Virus record (IMG/VR): IMGVR_UViG_3300031576_000059
Coordinates: 1-52,520 of that record
Source: a virus
Lineage: Duplodnaviria > Caudoviricetes
Length of the DNA stretch: 52,520 nucleotides
Reading direction: 5' to 3' (one strand)
In this document: piece by piece, positions 19,193 to 30,100 of the stretch
How the letters are laid out: every line of letters starts with the position of its first letter
How positions within the stretch are numbered: position 1 is the stretch's first letter
Program-made: the position numbers and the translations under genes
Notes under the pieces: generated by a model
The model's database searches: none
Seen by the model: only the letters and a program-made list of their open reading frames with translations
Told to the model about the DNA's origin: nothing

Positions 19193-19930
19193 GTGGCCTA
19201 CTCCGTCGTATGGTCAAACATCCTCCCCGCCGACGCGGAAGCCGCGTCTCTTGGAGACGACCGCATCCGTGAGTTCAAGGTCCAGGTCTATGAGCGCCTC
19301 ATCTTCGGCTCCGGTGCAGGGGGAACCGGTCTTGCCGACACCACCGGCACCCGTACCGTAGACACCGACCCCGCGGAGGTCAACCCCAACAAAGCCGACA
19401 CCATTGCCCTCTCCCGCGGCGCCGGAGGCTGGAACGCCGTCGCCCGTGCTGCGACCTACTTCGAGGTCTTCACCAACGCCGCGAACCTCAGTGTCACCAG
19501 TACCTCGTGGGCTTCTTTCTCCACGCCCGTCACGATCACCATCCCTTCTCCACCTCTCGCCGCCGACATTGCTCACGCCAGCGGCTCTGCCCGCGACACC
19601 TCCGACTACGCGATCTTCCTCATCTTCGAAGCCACCGCGAGCCTCGGCGGCAGCTCCGGGGACATAGGCCACGTCAAGATCCGCAACACCACTGCTGCCG
19701 CCGATGTCAGCCCCGCGATCCAGGCCGCCGATGTTGACACTTTCTCCAACACTGGCAATATCCGTAGCTCCCTCTTCCTCCTCGGCCATGACTTCGGCCG
19801 CACCGCCGCGACGACCTATGAAGTTCTTGGACGCGCCACCGCCGGCGCCACTCTCCGCCTCCGCGGCGATCAAGCCTTCGACGGCACCAACACCTCCACT
19901 CGTCTCTACGCCGCGGTCTTCAAGAGGTGA
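19193..19930 (+). CDS. Putative tail fibre/collar protein
   Basis: SD AGGAG; N-terminal P.D.EAASLGDDRIREFK attachment-like motif. Confidence 0.55.
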   Translation: MAYSVVWSNILPADAEAASLGDDRIREFKVQVYERLIFGSGAGGTGLADTTGTRTVDTDPAEVNPNKADTIALSRGAGGWNAVARAATYFEVFTNAANLSVTSTSWASFSTPVTITIPSPPLAADIAHASGSARDTSDYAIFLIFEATASLGGSSGDIGHVKIRNTTAAADVSPAIQAADVDTFSNTGNIRSSLFLLGHDFGRTAATTYEVLGRATAGATLRLRGDQAFDGTNTSTRLYAAVFKR

Positions 19931-19935
19931 CACCC

Positions 19936-20031
19936 ATGCTCAAAGACCTCCGCGCCGTCGCTCGCGCTCTCCGCTCCGCCGCGAAGTCCATCGCTCGCAT
20001 CGAGAAGGCCCTCTCGCGGAAGCGTGGGTGA
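19936..20031 (+). CDS. 31-aa basic amphipathic peptide
   Basis: SD GAGG; MLKDLRAVARALRSAAKSIARIEKALSRKRG fills the gap. Confidence 0.4.
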   Translation: MLKDLRAVARALRSAAKSIARIEKALSRKRG

Positions 20032-20037
20032 ACCCCC

Positions 20038-20367
20038 GTGGTCCGCGGCCCCGCGACCCACTCGCCCCCCTGGCTCGAACGCGGTGTCGTCGAGGTCACA
20101 GCCGCAGCCTCGATCACTATCCCCGCAACCGGCCGCGTGACCGTCTGCCGCATCGTTGGGAACGCGAACATCGACACGATCACGGCGACAACTCACGACA
20201 GTGGGCGTCTAGTAGCTCTCCGATTCTCCGGCACCCCGACGATCACCCTTGCCGGCAACCTTGAGATGCCCGCTGCCATCGGCCCCGTGACCAACAAGGA
20301 CAGTCTCCTCTTCGCCTGTTTCAACGGCGTGAACTGGACACTCCTCTCTCAGAGCGCTAACGTCTAA
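20038..20367 (+). CDS. Small beta-rich tail protein
   Basis: Resembles the C-terminal beta modules of phage fibres. Confidence 0.55.
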   Translation: MVRGPATHSPPWLERGVVEVTAAASITIPATGRVTVCRIVGNANIDTITATTHDSGRLVALRFSGTPTITLAGNLEMPAAIGPVTNKDSLLFACFNGVNWTLLSQSANV

Positions 20368-20384
20368 CTGGAGCCCCCACCCCG

Positions 20385-22088
20385 ATGCCCTTCGCCTCCG
20401 TCCACATCGGCCTCCCTCTCCAGGGGCTCGCTCGCACCGTCCCCAAGCGCCAACCCTCGCCGCAGCAGACCCATCTCTGGTTCGCCCAGGATCTCGACGG
20501 TTTCCGCTTCGCCCGCGACGCTGATCAGGGCGAAGTCCTCCGCCCCTGGCCCGCCGTCGGCTCCTTCGCCAACACCCCCAACGCCTCTCCCGTGCGTCTC
20601 CTCCACAACCTTCTCTGGGGCAACGGTACTGTAGACACCTTCCGCCACACCGCCACCTCGATCCACCGGCTCCTCGCTGGTTCCTGGACATCCATCATCG
20701 GCGCCCTCAACCTGAACGCCCCGGCCAGCGCCTACTGGTCCTCTGCGCTCATTCCAGGAAACACCGGTCGAGGCTACTACCTCTTCACCTCCAACAATAA
20801 CGAAGCAGGAGGAGCCCCCACTCCCCAAATATTCTTCTGGGACGGTGCAGCCCCGTCCATCTCGAACACCTGGACCTCTGGCACCCCCTCCCCAGCACGC
20901 TTCGTCACTTCCTTCGCTGACCGAGCATGGCTCGCTCATCAACTCGTCGCCGGCAGCACCTGGGGCCGACGCATCCAATGGTCCCTCCCCGGCGACGGCC
21001 TCGCATGGACCGGCACCGGCTCCGGCGCACGCGACTTCGCCGAGTTCGAAGGCCCGATCACGGGGATCATGCCCTTCGACGAGTACCTCTACATCCTCTC
21101 CGAGCGCGCAATCATCCGCGGCGTCGAGAGCTTCGACGTGGACGCCCCGGTGTACTTCGGCCCCCCTCTCCGCAACGCCGCCGGAGTCTGGGCTCCGGGC
21201 TCCCTCGTCCGCTTCAACCAATCCTTCGCATGGCTCTCCCAAGAAGGCTTCCACGCTTGGGATCCCGTCTCGAACTCCATCACGAACATCGGCGAGGCCG
21301 TTGACGCCTACATCATCTCCCGCATCGAGCGCTCCGCCATCGCCACGATCTGCTCCGCCTTCCTCCCTTCCCCATGGAACCTCGCTATCTGGGCGCTCCC
21401 ACTCAGTAGCACTGGCCTGCCGTCCGAAATCTGGGCCTACGACACGGTACGCCAGCGCTGGCTCCGCACCTCCCAACTCTTCGCATCCGAAGCCGCCCCC
21501 ATAGCTCTCGCTCTCATCACCAACAACGCTGGCGTCACCTGGGGCGCTCTCGTCGGGGCATGGAGCGCGCAGGTCGGCTCCTGGGCCTCTCTTGGCGGCG
21601 CTCCAACCTCCCCTCTCATCGTCTCCGGTCACAACGACGGCGAAACCCACGTCCTCGACGACACCTCTCCAAACACCTCCATCGAGATCACCATCGACAC
21701 CCCCGACTGGACCTGGGAGGGCACACTCCTCTCCGGCCCCGAACCCCGGCGCCCGGAGGCCGTCATCGACTCCCGCTCTATGATCACTCTCGACGGCCTC
21801 CTCATCGACTACTCCCCCTTCGACGGCACCGCAGCGAGCACCCTCTACGTCCTCGCATCTGGCGACGGCGGCCTCGGTTGGACCCACATCGGCACCCTCA
21901 CTCTTCCCGCCGGCACCCTCAGCAGCGTCCACCAAGCCGAAACCGGCTTCCGCCACACCTTCCGCTCCCCTCGTCTCCGCCTGACGAACCGCCACCCCGT
22001 CACCGGCGCCGTCACCCCCTTGCGCTCCACCATCAACGACATCACCATCAGTCTCCGCAAGAGCGGCGCACTGAGGTTCGCCTCGTGA
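20385..22088 (+). CDS. Tail nozzle / P22 gp10-like DNA stabilisation protein
   Basis: FVTSFADRAWLA, RIQWSLPGD..W, GPITGI, WAYD beta-propeller pattern. Confidence 0.7.
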   Translation: MPFASVHIGLPLQGLARTVPKRQPSPQQTHLWFAQDLDGFRFARDADQGEVLRPWPAVGSFANTPNASPVRLLHNLLWGNGTVDTFRHTATSIHRLLAGSWTSIIGALNLNAPASAYWSSALIPGNTGRGYYLFTSNNNEAGGAPTPQIFFWDGAAPSISNTWTSGTPSPARFVTSFADRAWLAHQLVAGSTWGRRIQWSLPGDGLAWTGTGSGARDFAEFEGPITGIMPFDEYLYILSERAIIRGVESFDVDAPVYFGPPLRNAAGVWAPGSLVRFNQSFAWLSQEGFHAWDPVSNSITNIGEAVDAYIISRIERSAIATICSAFLPSPWNLAIWALPLSSTGLPSEIWAYDTVRQRWLRTSQLFASEAAPIALALITNNAGVTWGALVGAWSAQVGSWASLGGAPTSPLIVSGHNDGETHVLDDTSPNTSIEITIDTPDWTWEGTLLSGPEPRRPEAVIDSRSMITLDGLLIDYSPFDGTAASTLYVLASGDGGLGWTHIGTLTLPAGTLSSVHQAETGFRHTFRSPRLRLTNRHPVTGAVTPLRSTINDITISLRKSGALRFAS

Positions 22089-22678
22089 ACGACGAGCGCA
22101 TCGAATCGCTCGCCGCCGCCGGCAAGATTCGCCCTCTCCAGCACCACCTCCTCGTCCGCATCGTTATCCCCATGCACGACTCCGAACTGGCCCCCGGCCT
22201 CGCGTTCCCACCTCCGAAGGACTACCACCCGCACGAGATCCCGCACTATTTCAGGCAACGCCTGATCCGCTTTCTCGAAGCGCGCCATCCAGTCCTTCCG
22301 CGCTTCCTGGACCCCATCCTCCCACAACGCGAGGCCGTGCAGGCCAGGGCAGCATGGCGTAAACTGCGCTCCGAGGGCGTCGAGCCCGGTGACGCACTCC
22401 TCGCCCTCGGCATCGTCGCCAAGTTCCCCACCGTCATCGTCCCAGGAGAAGCCTATGCTCGAATCCTCCGCGCAGGCTGCACATGCGACGCCACGAAGGA
22501 AGAGGAAATCCTCATCGACTCCTCCATCGGCGAGCCCCTCACCGACTCCCTCAGAATCATCCGATGCAGCGAGGTTCTTGGAGGAATTCCAGCAGCCTCC
22601 GAGCGAGCCGCCGCCCGCATCCGAGCCTTCGAGCGAGACCACATCGGGTTCGCCTCTCTCCGAGTCCACGTCGGCTGA
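22085..22678 (+). CDS. GroES-like co-chaperonin with a large insertion
   Basis: KIRPLQHHLLVR, LAPGLAFP, ARILRAG, IIRCSEVLG parallel the GroES motifs. Confidence 0.55.
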   Translation: MNDERIESLAAAGKIRPLQHHLLVRIVIPMHDSELAPGLAFPPPKDYHPHEIPHYFRQRLIRFLEARHPVLPRFLDPILPQREAVQARAAWRKLRSEGVEPGDALLALGIVAKFPTVIVPGEAYARILRAGCTCDATKEEEILIDSSIGEPLTDSLRIIRCSEVLGGIPAASERAAARIRAFERDHIGFASLRVHVG

Positions 22679-23198
22679 CCGACCCCAGCGCCGCCGCACC
22701 CTCACCGACACCGACATCCACATTCTCGCGCACCTGAACCTCACCGGCGCGCAGCTCTACGAGATGTGGCGGCACATCGAGCGAATGCCCTTCCTCCTCG
22801 ACGACAAGGCCCGCAACCCCTTCACCTTCGGCGCGATCCTCTCTTCCTCCAACGCCGCCGCCTTCGCTCTCGGCAACCCCCCAGCTGGCCTCGTCTGGTT
22901 CGCCGACATCGTGCCGGGCGAGACTGCCTCAGGCTCCATTGCTCTGTGGGGCTTCCGGGCCTATGGGCGCCAGGATCTCCTCAAAGTCATCATGGAAGCC
23001 GTGTTCCAGCAGTACGACCTCCACCGCATCTACGTCCTCATCCCCTCCCCAAACCTCCCCTCCCAGCGTCTCGCCACCTCGCTAAATTTTCGCCAGGAAG
23101 GCCACATCGTCGAAGCTCTGCGCTACAATGGCGCCTGGACGGATGTGGAGATTTACAGCCTCCTTCGCCGTGGCACCTTCTACGATAGGGTGGTGTAG
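22455..23198 (+). CDS. GNAT (RimJ/RimL-like) acetyltransferase; start uncertain
   Basis: VFQQYDLHRIY...NLPSQRLATSLNFRQEG...W.DVEIYSLL; SD AGGAG before ATG 22455. Confidence 0.8.
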   Translation: MLESSAQAAHATPRRKRKSSSTPPSASPSPTPSESSDAARFLEEFQQPPSEPPPASEPSSETTSGSPLSESTSADRPQRRRTLTDTDIHILAHLNLTGAQLYEMWRHIERMPFLLDDKARNPFTFGAILSSSNAAAFALGNPPAGLVWFADIVPGETASGSIALWGFRAYGRQDLLKVIMEAVFQQYDLHRIYVLIPSPNLPSQRLATSLNFRQEGHIVEALRYNGAWTDVEIYSLLRRGTFYDRVV

Positions 23199-23201
23199 GA
23201 C

Positions 23202-23915
23202 ATGACTGGAACCGAAGCTGCCTGGGTGCCGTGGGCCATCAGTGGGGCCTCCGCTCTCTACAGTGGCCTCAGTGGCAAGGGCGGCTCCGGCGGCAAAAAG
23301 GGCGGCAGCTCCGGCGCCGACACCTCCTTCCTCAAGCCCTTCCAGCACATCGCTGCGCCTCTCTCCAACATGATGAACCGTACTCTCACGGGTGGCGCCG
23401 GCTTCGAGGCCGGGGTCAAGCGTGGCACTCGTTTCTTCTCCGACATCGAATCCAACCCCGACGTGCTCGCAAGTATGGGAGCCCTCCGGCAGGTCACAGA
23501 CGACCCCACTAAGTTCACCGACCCTCTCTTCCTCCAAGAGCGCGAGCGGCTGGGTGCAGAGCTGGCCGAGCGCTCCCGTCAGGGCATCGGCCTGCGCTCC
23601 ACCGGTGCCGAGAGCATGGTCTCCCGTGGTCTCAGCGACTTCACGAACCGCTACCTCGACGCCGCGATCAACCGCCGCACCGCAGGAGCGCAAGCCCTCT
23701 TCGGCCAGACCCAGGGCCTCGGCGAATCCCTTTTCACTCCCTTCCGCTTCTTCTCCTCTGCGCTCCCCGGCTTCGGCGGCGCGCCCGTCGTCCCACCGTC
23801 GCAGTACAACAACCAGAAGGCGCAGTTCGCAAGCATGCTCGGGAACCTCGGTGGGTCATACCTCGGCGGCGCCGCAGAGAGAGGATTCCTCGGCGCTGCT
23901 CCTGGACCGAAGTAG
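23202..23915 (+). CDS. Putative DNA ejection/pilot protein
   Basis: Gly/Ala-rich hydrophobic ends; follows the GNAT as in P22/T7-like gene order. Confidence 0.6.
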   Translation: MTGTEAAWVPWAISGASALYSGLSGKGGSGGKKGGSSGADTSFLKPFQHIAAPLSNMMNRTLTGGAGFEAGVKRGTRFFSDIESNPDVLASMGALRQVTDDPTKFTDPLFLQERERLGAELAERSRQGIGLRSTGAESMVSRGLSDFTNRYLDAAINRRTAGAQALFGQTQGLGESLFTPFRFFSSALPGFGGAPVVPPSQYNNQKAQFASMLGNLGGSYLGGAAERGFLGAAPGPK

Positions 23916-23925
23916 CGGAGTCCCC

Positions 23926-25527
23926 ATGCCCCACCCCATCATCGGTCCCCCCATCGACCCCGAGGAAGAGGACCGCTTCACCGATCCGGTGCAGAAGCGA
24001 GCGCAATCCCGAGCAGCCGCTTTCTTCCGTACCCCGATCCCCGCCTCCTCCCTCCCCGCCGAACCTCCCCCGACATCCCTCTTCAAGCCCACCTTCCTCT
24101 CTTCTCTCACCGCGGCTCTCGGCGGCTTTCAGCGCGGCGCGAGCGCGGGGGCGGAGGCAGCTATCGGAAGAGAGGAGCGCGAAGAGGCCAAGAAGACCCG
24201 AGAAGCTCAACTTGACATTCAACGCCGTGGTGCGAAGACACAAGAGGATCTCGCCGCTCTCACCGCGAGGCGTCTCGAAGAGGAAGCCGCTCAGGCTCGC
24301 CGGGATCGTCAAGATAAAGCGAGAGAGTTCTCCTTCGGGGTCTTCCAAAAGTACCCCGATCTCCACCGGCTCGCTGCATCTGCCGGTATCAACGCCAGCT
24401 CTCTTCTCCGTGGATACTACCTCGGAGACCTCTCTCCTGAACAGGAAAACGCCCTCGCAGGCGGGCTGGCGATGGCGTTTCGAGACGATACCCTCCCTCA
24501 GTTCGTCAAGGACACCATCACCCTCCGTATCGCACACGCCAGATTGGAGAAGCCGAAGTTCACAGTAGAGGACGAAGACAAGATCCGCGAGGAGGTCTTT
24601 GCTGAGAGCCTCAAGTCTGGCCTCGACCCTCTCTCCCGCGCAGAGATGGAAGTAGACAACGCCAGAGCCGAGCGCGAGATGCTAGATGCCCAAATCGCCA
24701 ACCTCAAGGGCCAGAGTCTCCGTGATTTCCTCACCTCCACTTCCGAATCCGAATCCCATGCCCGCGCCGCGATGATCAGTCTCGCTGCGACGGTGTTCAA
24801 GACCGACCCCGATCAGGGCATCGGATCGCTTCAAGCTCTCCTCGGCGCTTCCGCTGATGATCGTGAGGACGCGCTCTCTGGCCTCCCCGCTTCGAAGCCC
24901 GAGGACAAGCGCGCCATCGCGCTCCTGCGTGAAGCGATCAACGAGTACGAGAAGCTGTCGATCTCCCGAAACGCAGCAACCCGAAAGCTCGCAGGAGCCG
25001 CAGATGTGGAGCTGCCGGGAGGGGATCCCTCGATGGCGACGAGGGTGTTGGGGGAGGAGCCAATAGACAAGAGACCTCCGACAGATGTTGGTCCCTTTGC
25101 CCCTCTCCCCGAACCTCTCAGGGGCGGTGAATTCGAGCCCCCCGCAGCGAGTCCTGTTGGGCAGTTCGGCAAGGCGTTCATGGGGGCAGGTCCGGGTCCG
25201 CTGCTCGCGGTTTTTGGGAAGGCCGCAGAGTGGATTGGAGGTGACACCCCCTCTCAGAAGATCGATCACGCCGACAGCCTCGTTGGTGCCGCCCTCGAAA
25301 ACGACCGCGCTCTGCGCTACCTCGCTTCGAAGCTCGACCGCTTCCCTGATCCCACGCAGAACTTCAAGGACGATCCTCGCTGGGCCGATCTCAGCGTCGA
25401 TCAACGAGTCGTCGCTCTCAAGGCCTTCATCTCCGGCAGCAGCGAGGACTACTTCCGCGATTGGGCTATGCTAGTCTCCCTCGGTCACGACACCTGGAGC
25501 CAATGGAAGACCGGCGGAGAGGAGTGA
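23926..25527 (+). CDS. Putative internal virion (ejection) protein
   Basis: 533 aa helical/coiled coil; SD GGAG. Confidence 0.6.
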   Translation: MPHPIIGPPIDPEEEDRFTDPVQKRAQSRAAAFFRTPIPASSLPAEPPPTSLFKPTFLSSLTAALGGFQRGASAGAEAAIGREEREEAKKTREAQLDIQRRGAKTQEDLAALTARRLEEEAAQARRDRQDKAREFSFGVFQKYPDLHRLAASAGINASSLLRGYYLGDLSPEQENALAGGLAMAFRDDTLPQFVKDTITLRIAHARLEKPKFTVEDEDKIREEVFAESLKSGLDPLSRAEMEVDNARAEREMLDAQIANLKGQSLRDFLTSTSESESHARAAMISLAATVFKTDPDQGIGSLQALLGASADDREDALSGLPASKPEDKRAIALLREAINEYEKLSISRNAATRKLAGAADVELPGGDPSMATRVLGEEPIDKRPPTDVGPFAPLPEPLRGGEFEPPAASPVGQFGKAFMGAGPGPLLAVFGKAAEWIGGDTPSQKIDHADSLVGAALENDRALRYLASKLDRFPDPTQNFKDDPRWADLSVDQRVVALKAFISGSSEDYFRDWAMLVSLGHDTWSQWKTGGEE

Positions 25528-25531
25528 TCCT

Positions 25532-27160
25532 GTGGGGCTCCTTGACCGAGTTATCGAGGAGGAGAAACCTGAGCAGGGGTTTCTCGGTCGTACTCTAGGC
25601 CCGCCGACAGGGCTCCTCGACCGCGCTGCCGCGGCACCGGCAGACGCTTTCGCTACTCCAGCTCTCCACAAGGATCTCGGCGATCTCGCAGTCGATCTCC
25701 TCGCCGACCAACTTGACCCCTTCAACCTCCTCCTCCTCGCTTCTGGCTACGGCCTCGCAGCGAAGCTCGGCAAGGCCGTGCCCGCTGTGAAAGCTGTCGG
25801 CGCTCTCACCCGCACCGGCGCACCGATCCTGGAAGCGAATTACGGCCGTCGTGTGCTGCACCGCCTCGCCACCGGCCTCGGCTGGTCGCTGCCCTTCGCG
25901 TCGGTGGAGCTGTTCGAGGAGCCCCGCGAAGGCGGCTCCCGCATCGGTGAGTTCGCGCAGAGTCTCCTCGTATTCGAGGCCCTCGAACTCGGATTCATGG
26001 GGCTCGGGGGTGCAGGATCGATGGCACTCAAAGGCGTCCGCGGCCACCAGCGCATCCTCGAACACCGAGCCGTCGCGGAGACGTTCAATCGCGCCGTTCA
26101 GAGTGCCGAAGCTCGCAACTTCTCTCGCAACGAGGCCATCGACGCCGCGCTCGCCGACATGCTCACCTCGAAGGTCGCCACCATCGAACGTGTCATCGGC
26201 AAGCCCGCGACAGCAGACCTCCTCCAAGTCGCTCAGACCATCGCCTCCAAGACCCCCCAGGAACTCACCGAAGCCGGCCTCGCCAGCTCGTTCGCCGAAC
26301 TCGCCGTGCGCCCTGAAATCTTCGGTGGCTTCAAGCAGCTCGGGATTCCCATCGAGTCCCTCGTGAGGCTGCCGGAAGCGTTTCGCAAGGAAGCCGCAGA
26401 AGCCGCAGCCGCTGTCGCCGAGAAGGAAGCCGCGAAGCTCGCCGAACTCGCTACACAGAAAGCCGCCATGCACTCGCAGATCATCCGCGGCAACCGGGGT
26501 CTCTTTTTCGAGATCCCCGCCAAGAAGCCGGGTGATCGTCCCCGCACCCGCGCTCTCGTTCACACTCCTCTCGATCTCACCAACATCGAGTTCACCGCCG
26601 CTGCGAGGGAGCACTACTCGCAATCCGATCTCGATCTCCTCTCCGACTCCATCCGCGATATGCTCGGCACAGAGCGGGCAGGGCTCTCGTCTCCGGCGTT
26701 CGGAAGGCGGGTTGGAGGCGGAAGTGGAGGTGCCGGTTCTCTCACTGCCCACGGCCTCGAAGGCATCCCTCCCAAAAAGGCCCCCACGAAACCCGGAGGC
26801 AAGCTCGTCTGGTCCCGTGGCACCTTCAAGGAGAAGCCCGCGTTCAACGCTGGCGACTTCACGATCACCCAGAACGACCAGGGCCTCTGGTTGCTGCGAT
26901 ACCCCAAACCCGGCGCACCGGACCAGTCCGAGTTCCGCACCTTCAAGACCGTCGGGGAGGCGCGGGATCGGGCGATTGCGCTGCACGAGGGGAAGGCTCC
27001 AGCGGCAGAAGCGCCACCCGCAGCACCCGAAGCCGTCGCAGCCGCGCCCATTGTCGCCGAGGTGAAGAAGACATTGAAGAAGAAGCCGCTCGTGAAGAAG
27101 CCGAAGGAGGGTGGAGGTACGAGCGGTGCGGCACCTGCACTAGGAGAATCAACCCCATGA
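25532..27160 (+). CDS. Putative internal virion protein
   Basis: 542 aa; DQLDPFNLL motif and hydrophobic helices. Confidence 0.6.
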   Translation: MGLLDRVIEEEKPEQGFLGRTLGPPTGLLDRAAAAPADAFATPALHKDLGDLAVDLLADQLDPFNLLLLASGYGLAAKLGKAVPAVKAVGALTRTGAPILEANYGRRVLHRLATGLGWSLPFASVELFEEPREGGSRIGEFAQSLLVFEALELGFMGLGGAGSMALKGVRGHQRILEHRAVAETFNRAVQSAEARNFSRNEAIDAALADMLTSKVATIERVIGKPATADLLQVAQTIASKTPQELTEAGLASSFAELAVRPEIFGGFKQLGIPIESLVRLPEAFRKEAAEAAAAVAEKEAAKLAELATQKAAMHSQIIRGNRGLFFEIPAKKPGDRPRTRALVHTPLDLTNIEFTAAAREHYSQSDLDLLSDSIRDMLGTERAGLSSPAFGRRVGGGSGGAGSLTAHGLEGIPPKKAPTKPGGKLVWSRGTFKEKPAFNAGDFTITQNDQGLWLLRYPKPGAPDQSEFRTFKTVGEARDRAIALHEGKAPAAEAPPAAPEAVAAAPIVAEVKKTLKKKPLVKKPKEGGGTSGAAPALGESTP

Positions 27161-30100
27161 GCCTCGCCCTCCTCGAATCCCTCCTCCGCCGCATCGGCTC
27201 CGACGCCACCGCCGAGTCGATCACCCGTACAGTCCTCGACTCGCTCTCTCACGCCCGGCGCACGGGCTCGTCCACGCCTCCCCTTGACCAACTCCGCCAG
27301 CGCATCCGCTCGATTCTCTCCGAGGAGGGCATCACAGCGTTCCAGCAGCGCGAGCGCCAAGCCCGCCTCCCCGGCATGGAGCAATTCGAGATCCCCGACG
27401 TGGCGAAGCTCGACATCTGGGATCGCATCGTCACCTCGGTCGCACGAGCGAGAGAGGAGTTCGAAGGCCCAGCAACCAGCGGCGGTCTCGTGCGGGGCGA
27501 GGAGCCTGTGATAGACCCTCTCACCGGTAAAGTTCTCGCTCCAGCCGTGCTGAAAGAGGGCTTCCGCCGTACTCCCGCACTCCGTCAGGGCGGAGGCGTC
27601 ATTCCGAAGGGGCCAATCGAAGAGGGGGGAGCTATCGCAGTCCACCAGACCCGGTTCTCCGGTGAACCCCCCATCGATAGCGCCGCTTTTATCACCTCCA
27701 TCGCCTCCCGTGCCGGCGAGATCCTCAAGCGCGACTCCGGCGTCTCATCCCGTGAGGGCTCCCGTGTCCTCCAGATCCTCGACCGCGAACTCTCCCGCCT
27801 CCGAGGCGAGATCGCCGCCGAAACCTCCCTCCCCGCGTACCCCATCAGCATGCTCCCTCGCTTCTCCGAGGAGGAAACTCGCCTCTCCACCCTCTCCTCG
27901 AAACTCTCCCGCATCAACACCGCCGCGGACTCCTTCACCGCCACCGGCGAAGTCGCACCGGCGCTCGCCGAGGCCATCCCTGCGCTCGCCGCTGCCCTGC
28001 CCGCCGAACCGGAGCTTGCTCGTACCTTCAAAGTCCCCTCCGGCAAGCGCTTCTCCCTCCCCGCACTCCTCCGAGTCCTCGGCGACGAGATCACCGAACG
28101 CCTCTTCCCAGGCAACAAAGTCCTCCCCTCGATGGACTCCCACACCGTCCGCTCCACCGCCATCGAGATCGCCGAGCGTTACGGTCTCCTCGCGCAAGGC
28201 CAAGCTCGTCGCTCTGACCTCAAGCAGCTCGCAGACCGCGCAGCAAAGATCGGAGAAAAAGCCGGGCTAGCGGAACGGGGGTTCACAAGAAAGGAGCGTG
28301 TGCCCCTTATCAAAGAGGGGATCACTTTGTTGGACGAGCTATCTGCCTCCGTTACCCGCTCCCCCGACGCCCTAATGCGCGTCTCTGCTATCACCCGCTT
28401 CCTCGACGCCCCGATGCGCGTTTCTGCTGAGATCCAAGCCTGGACCCACGCGCTCTACGAGCGTGCCCTCGCTCACAGCCCCTACTCCGAAGTCCGTGAG
28501 CGCCTCAAGCGCCTCGTCGCCACCGAACTGCGCGCCACCGACGCTGACATCACATCCATCCTCCCACCTGACGCCCGCCCGGATCTCCGCATCTCCTTCA
28601 CCGCTGAGATCGCCCCCTTCAAGCAGGAGCGCGGCGTCGAAGCGGCGCTCGAATCCGCTCGCCGTGTCCTCGGGGCTCGCCGAACTCTTGAGCGCGGCGG
28701 CAAGGTGATCGCTCTCCCCGGTGCTCCTGGTCTCTCCTTCGAGCGCGCTGCGATCTCCGACACCCGCTTTACGCCTGGATCAATTCTTCGGGTCAAGGAG
28801 GACCGATTGGCTTTTAGGGCCTCCGGTGGAGGAATAAAGATCGGCGCCATAGGCCCGGCGCTCCACCTCAATTCTCTCGAAGGCCGCGATCTCGTGGTCC
28901 TCTCCACGGGCAAGGGGTTCTTCCGCGTCATCGAGGAAGAGCCGGAGCGCGTCTCTGAGGCCCTCCTCGTCGCACCGTTCGAGAATGGTCTCGTGCGCTC
29001 CGACCTCGCCACACTCATCGAGCCACGGAACGTCGCTACAGTCACTAGTTCCTCCACCCTCTCCCGCCAAAAGGCCCTCGCCGCCGACACCGAAGTCTTC
29101 GCCTCCGCAGGCTCGAATGTCGTCTTCAAAAACGTCGCGGAACGAGCGCGGGCGAGAGCATTGACATCAGCCGGCGAGCCTCTCGTCGCCCTCATCCACG
29201 AACCCAACGGCAGCTTCGTGCAGGCGTGGACGCCGGACGGGATCGACCAAGCGCTTCTCGCCGCGAGCCCTGAGGCGACACTTGAAGTGATCACCGGCCG
29301 CACACCCCTCGAAGCCGTGATCAGAGCCGAGATGTCCGTGAGAGAGGAGACAGCGAATCGAGTGATCCGCATGATCGAAGCCTCCGCAAGCCCAGAGGCC
29401 GCTGAACGCCGCGTCGCCGATCTTCTCACGGCCGCATTCGGAGCCACGACCGACCCCCTCGACACCTCCATCCGCAGAGCCTCCGGCACAGCGATGATCA
29501 AGGCCCTGCGTCGTAGAGCGCCGCGAGGAGCCCCAGAGGAGAATCTCGGCGATCTGGGCCTGCGGCTGCTCAAAGGGGGCAAGATCCCGTCAGGCGCCAC
29601 CGCCACAGGACAGGCCGAGATCGCCGCTTCGCAGCTCGCCGAACTTCGGCAGGTCTGGCACAAGGGCTTCAAAGAGGGATCGTTTGAGGCCACCCGTGAG
29701 CACCCCTTCTTCAGGATCCTCGTCGAACGAGCGAGCCTCCGCACCGCCGCTCGCGCACCTTATCAAGAGACCGCCGAAGCGGTCGTGGATGACCTCATCA
29801 AGCAGATGGAGGAATCGAGCGTCGAGATGCTCTCGCCTCAATTCAAGATGGGCACCTCCCCCTTCGATTGGGCACGCAAGATCGGAACGAAACTCAAGCA
29901 GCGCATCCGTGCCCTCAACATCGATCCCACAACGATACGCCTCCACTCTCTTGGCGAGGCCGAACTCGTCGGGCAACTCGTCCCGCTCACCAAGCCAGGC
30001 AGAATGCGAAGTCGGCTCGTCAAGGTTCAGGAGGAGCTGGCGCTGCCACGAGGATTCCTTGGTCCATCATTGAAGGTGGAAGTCTCGCAGGCGGCAAAGG

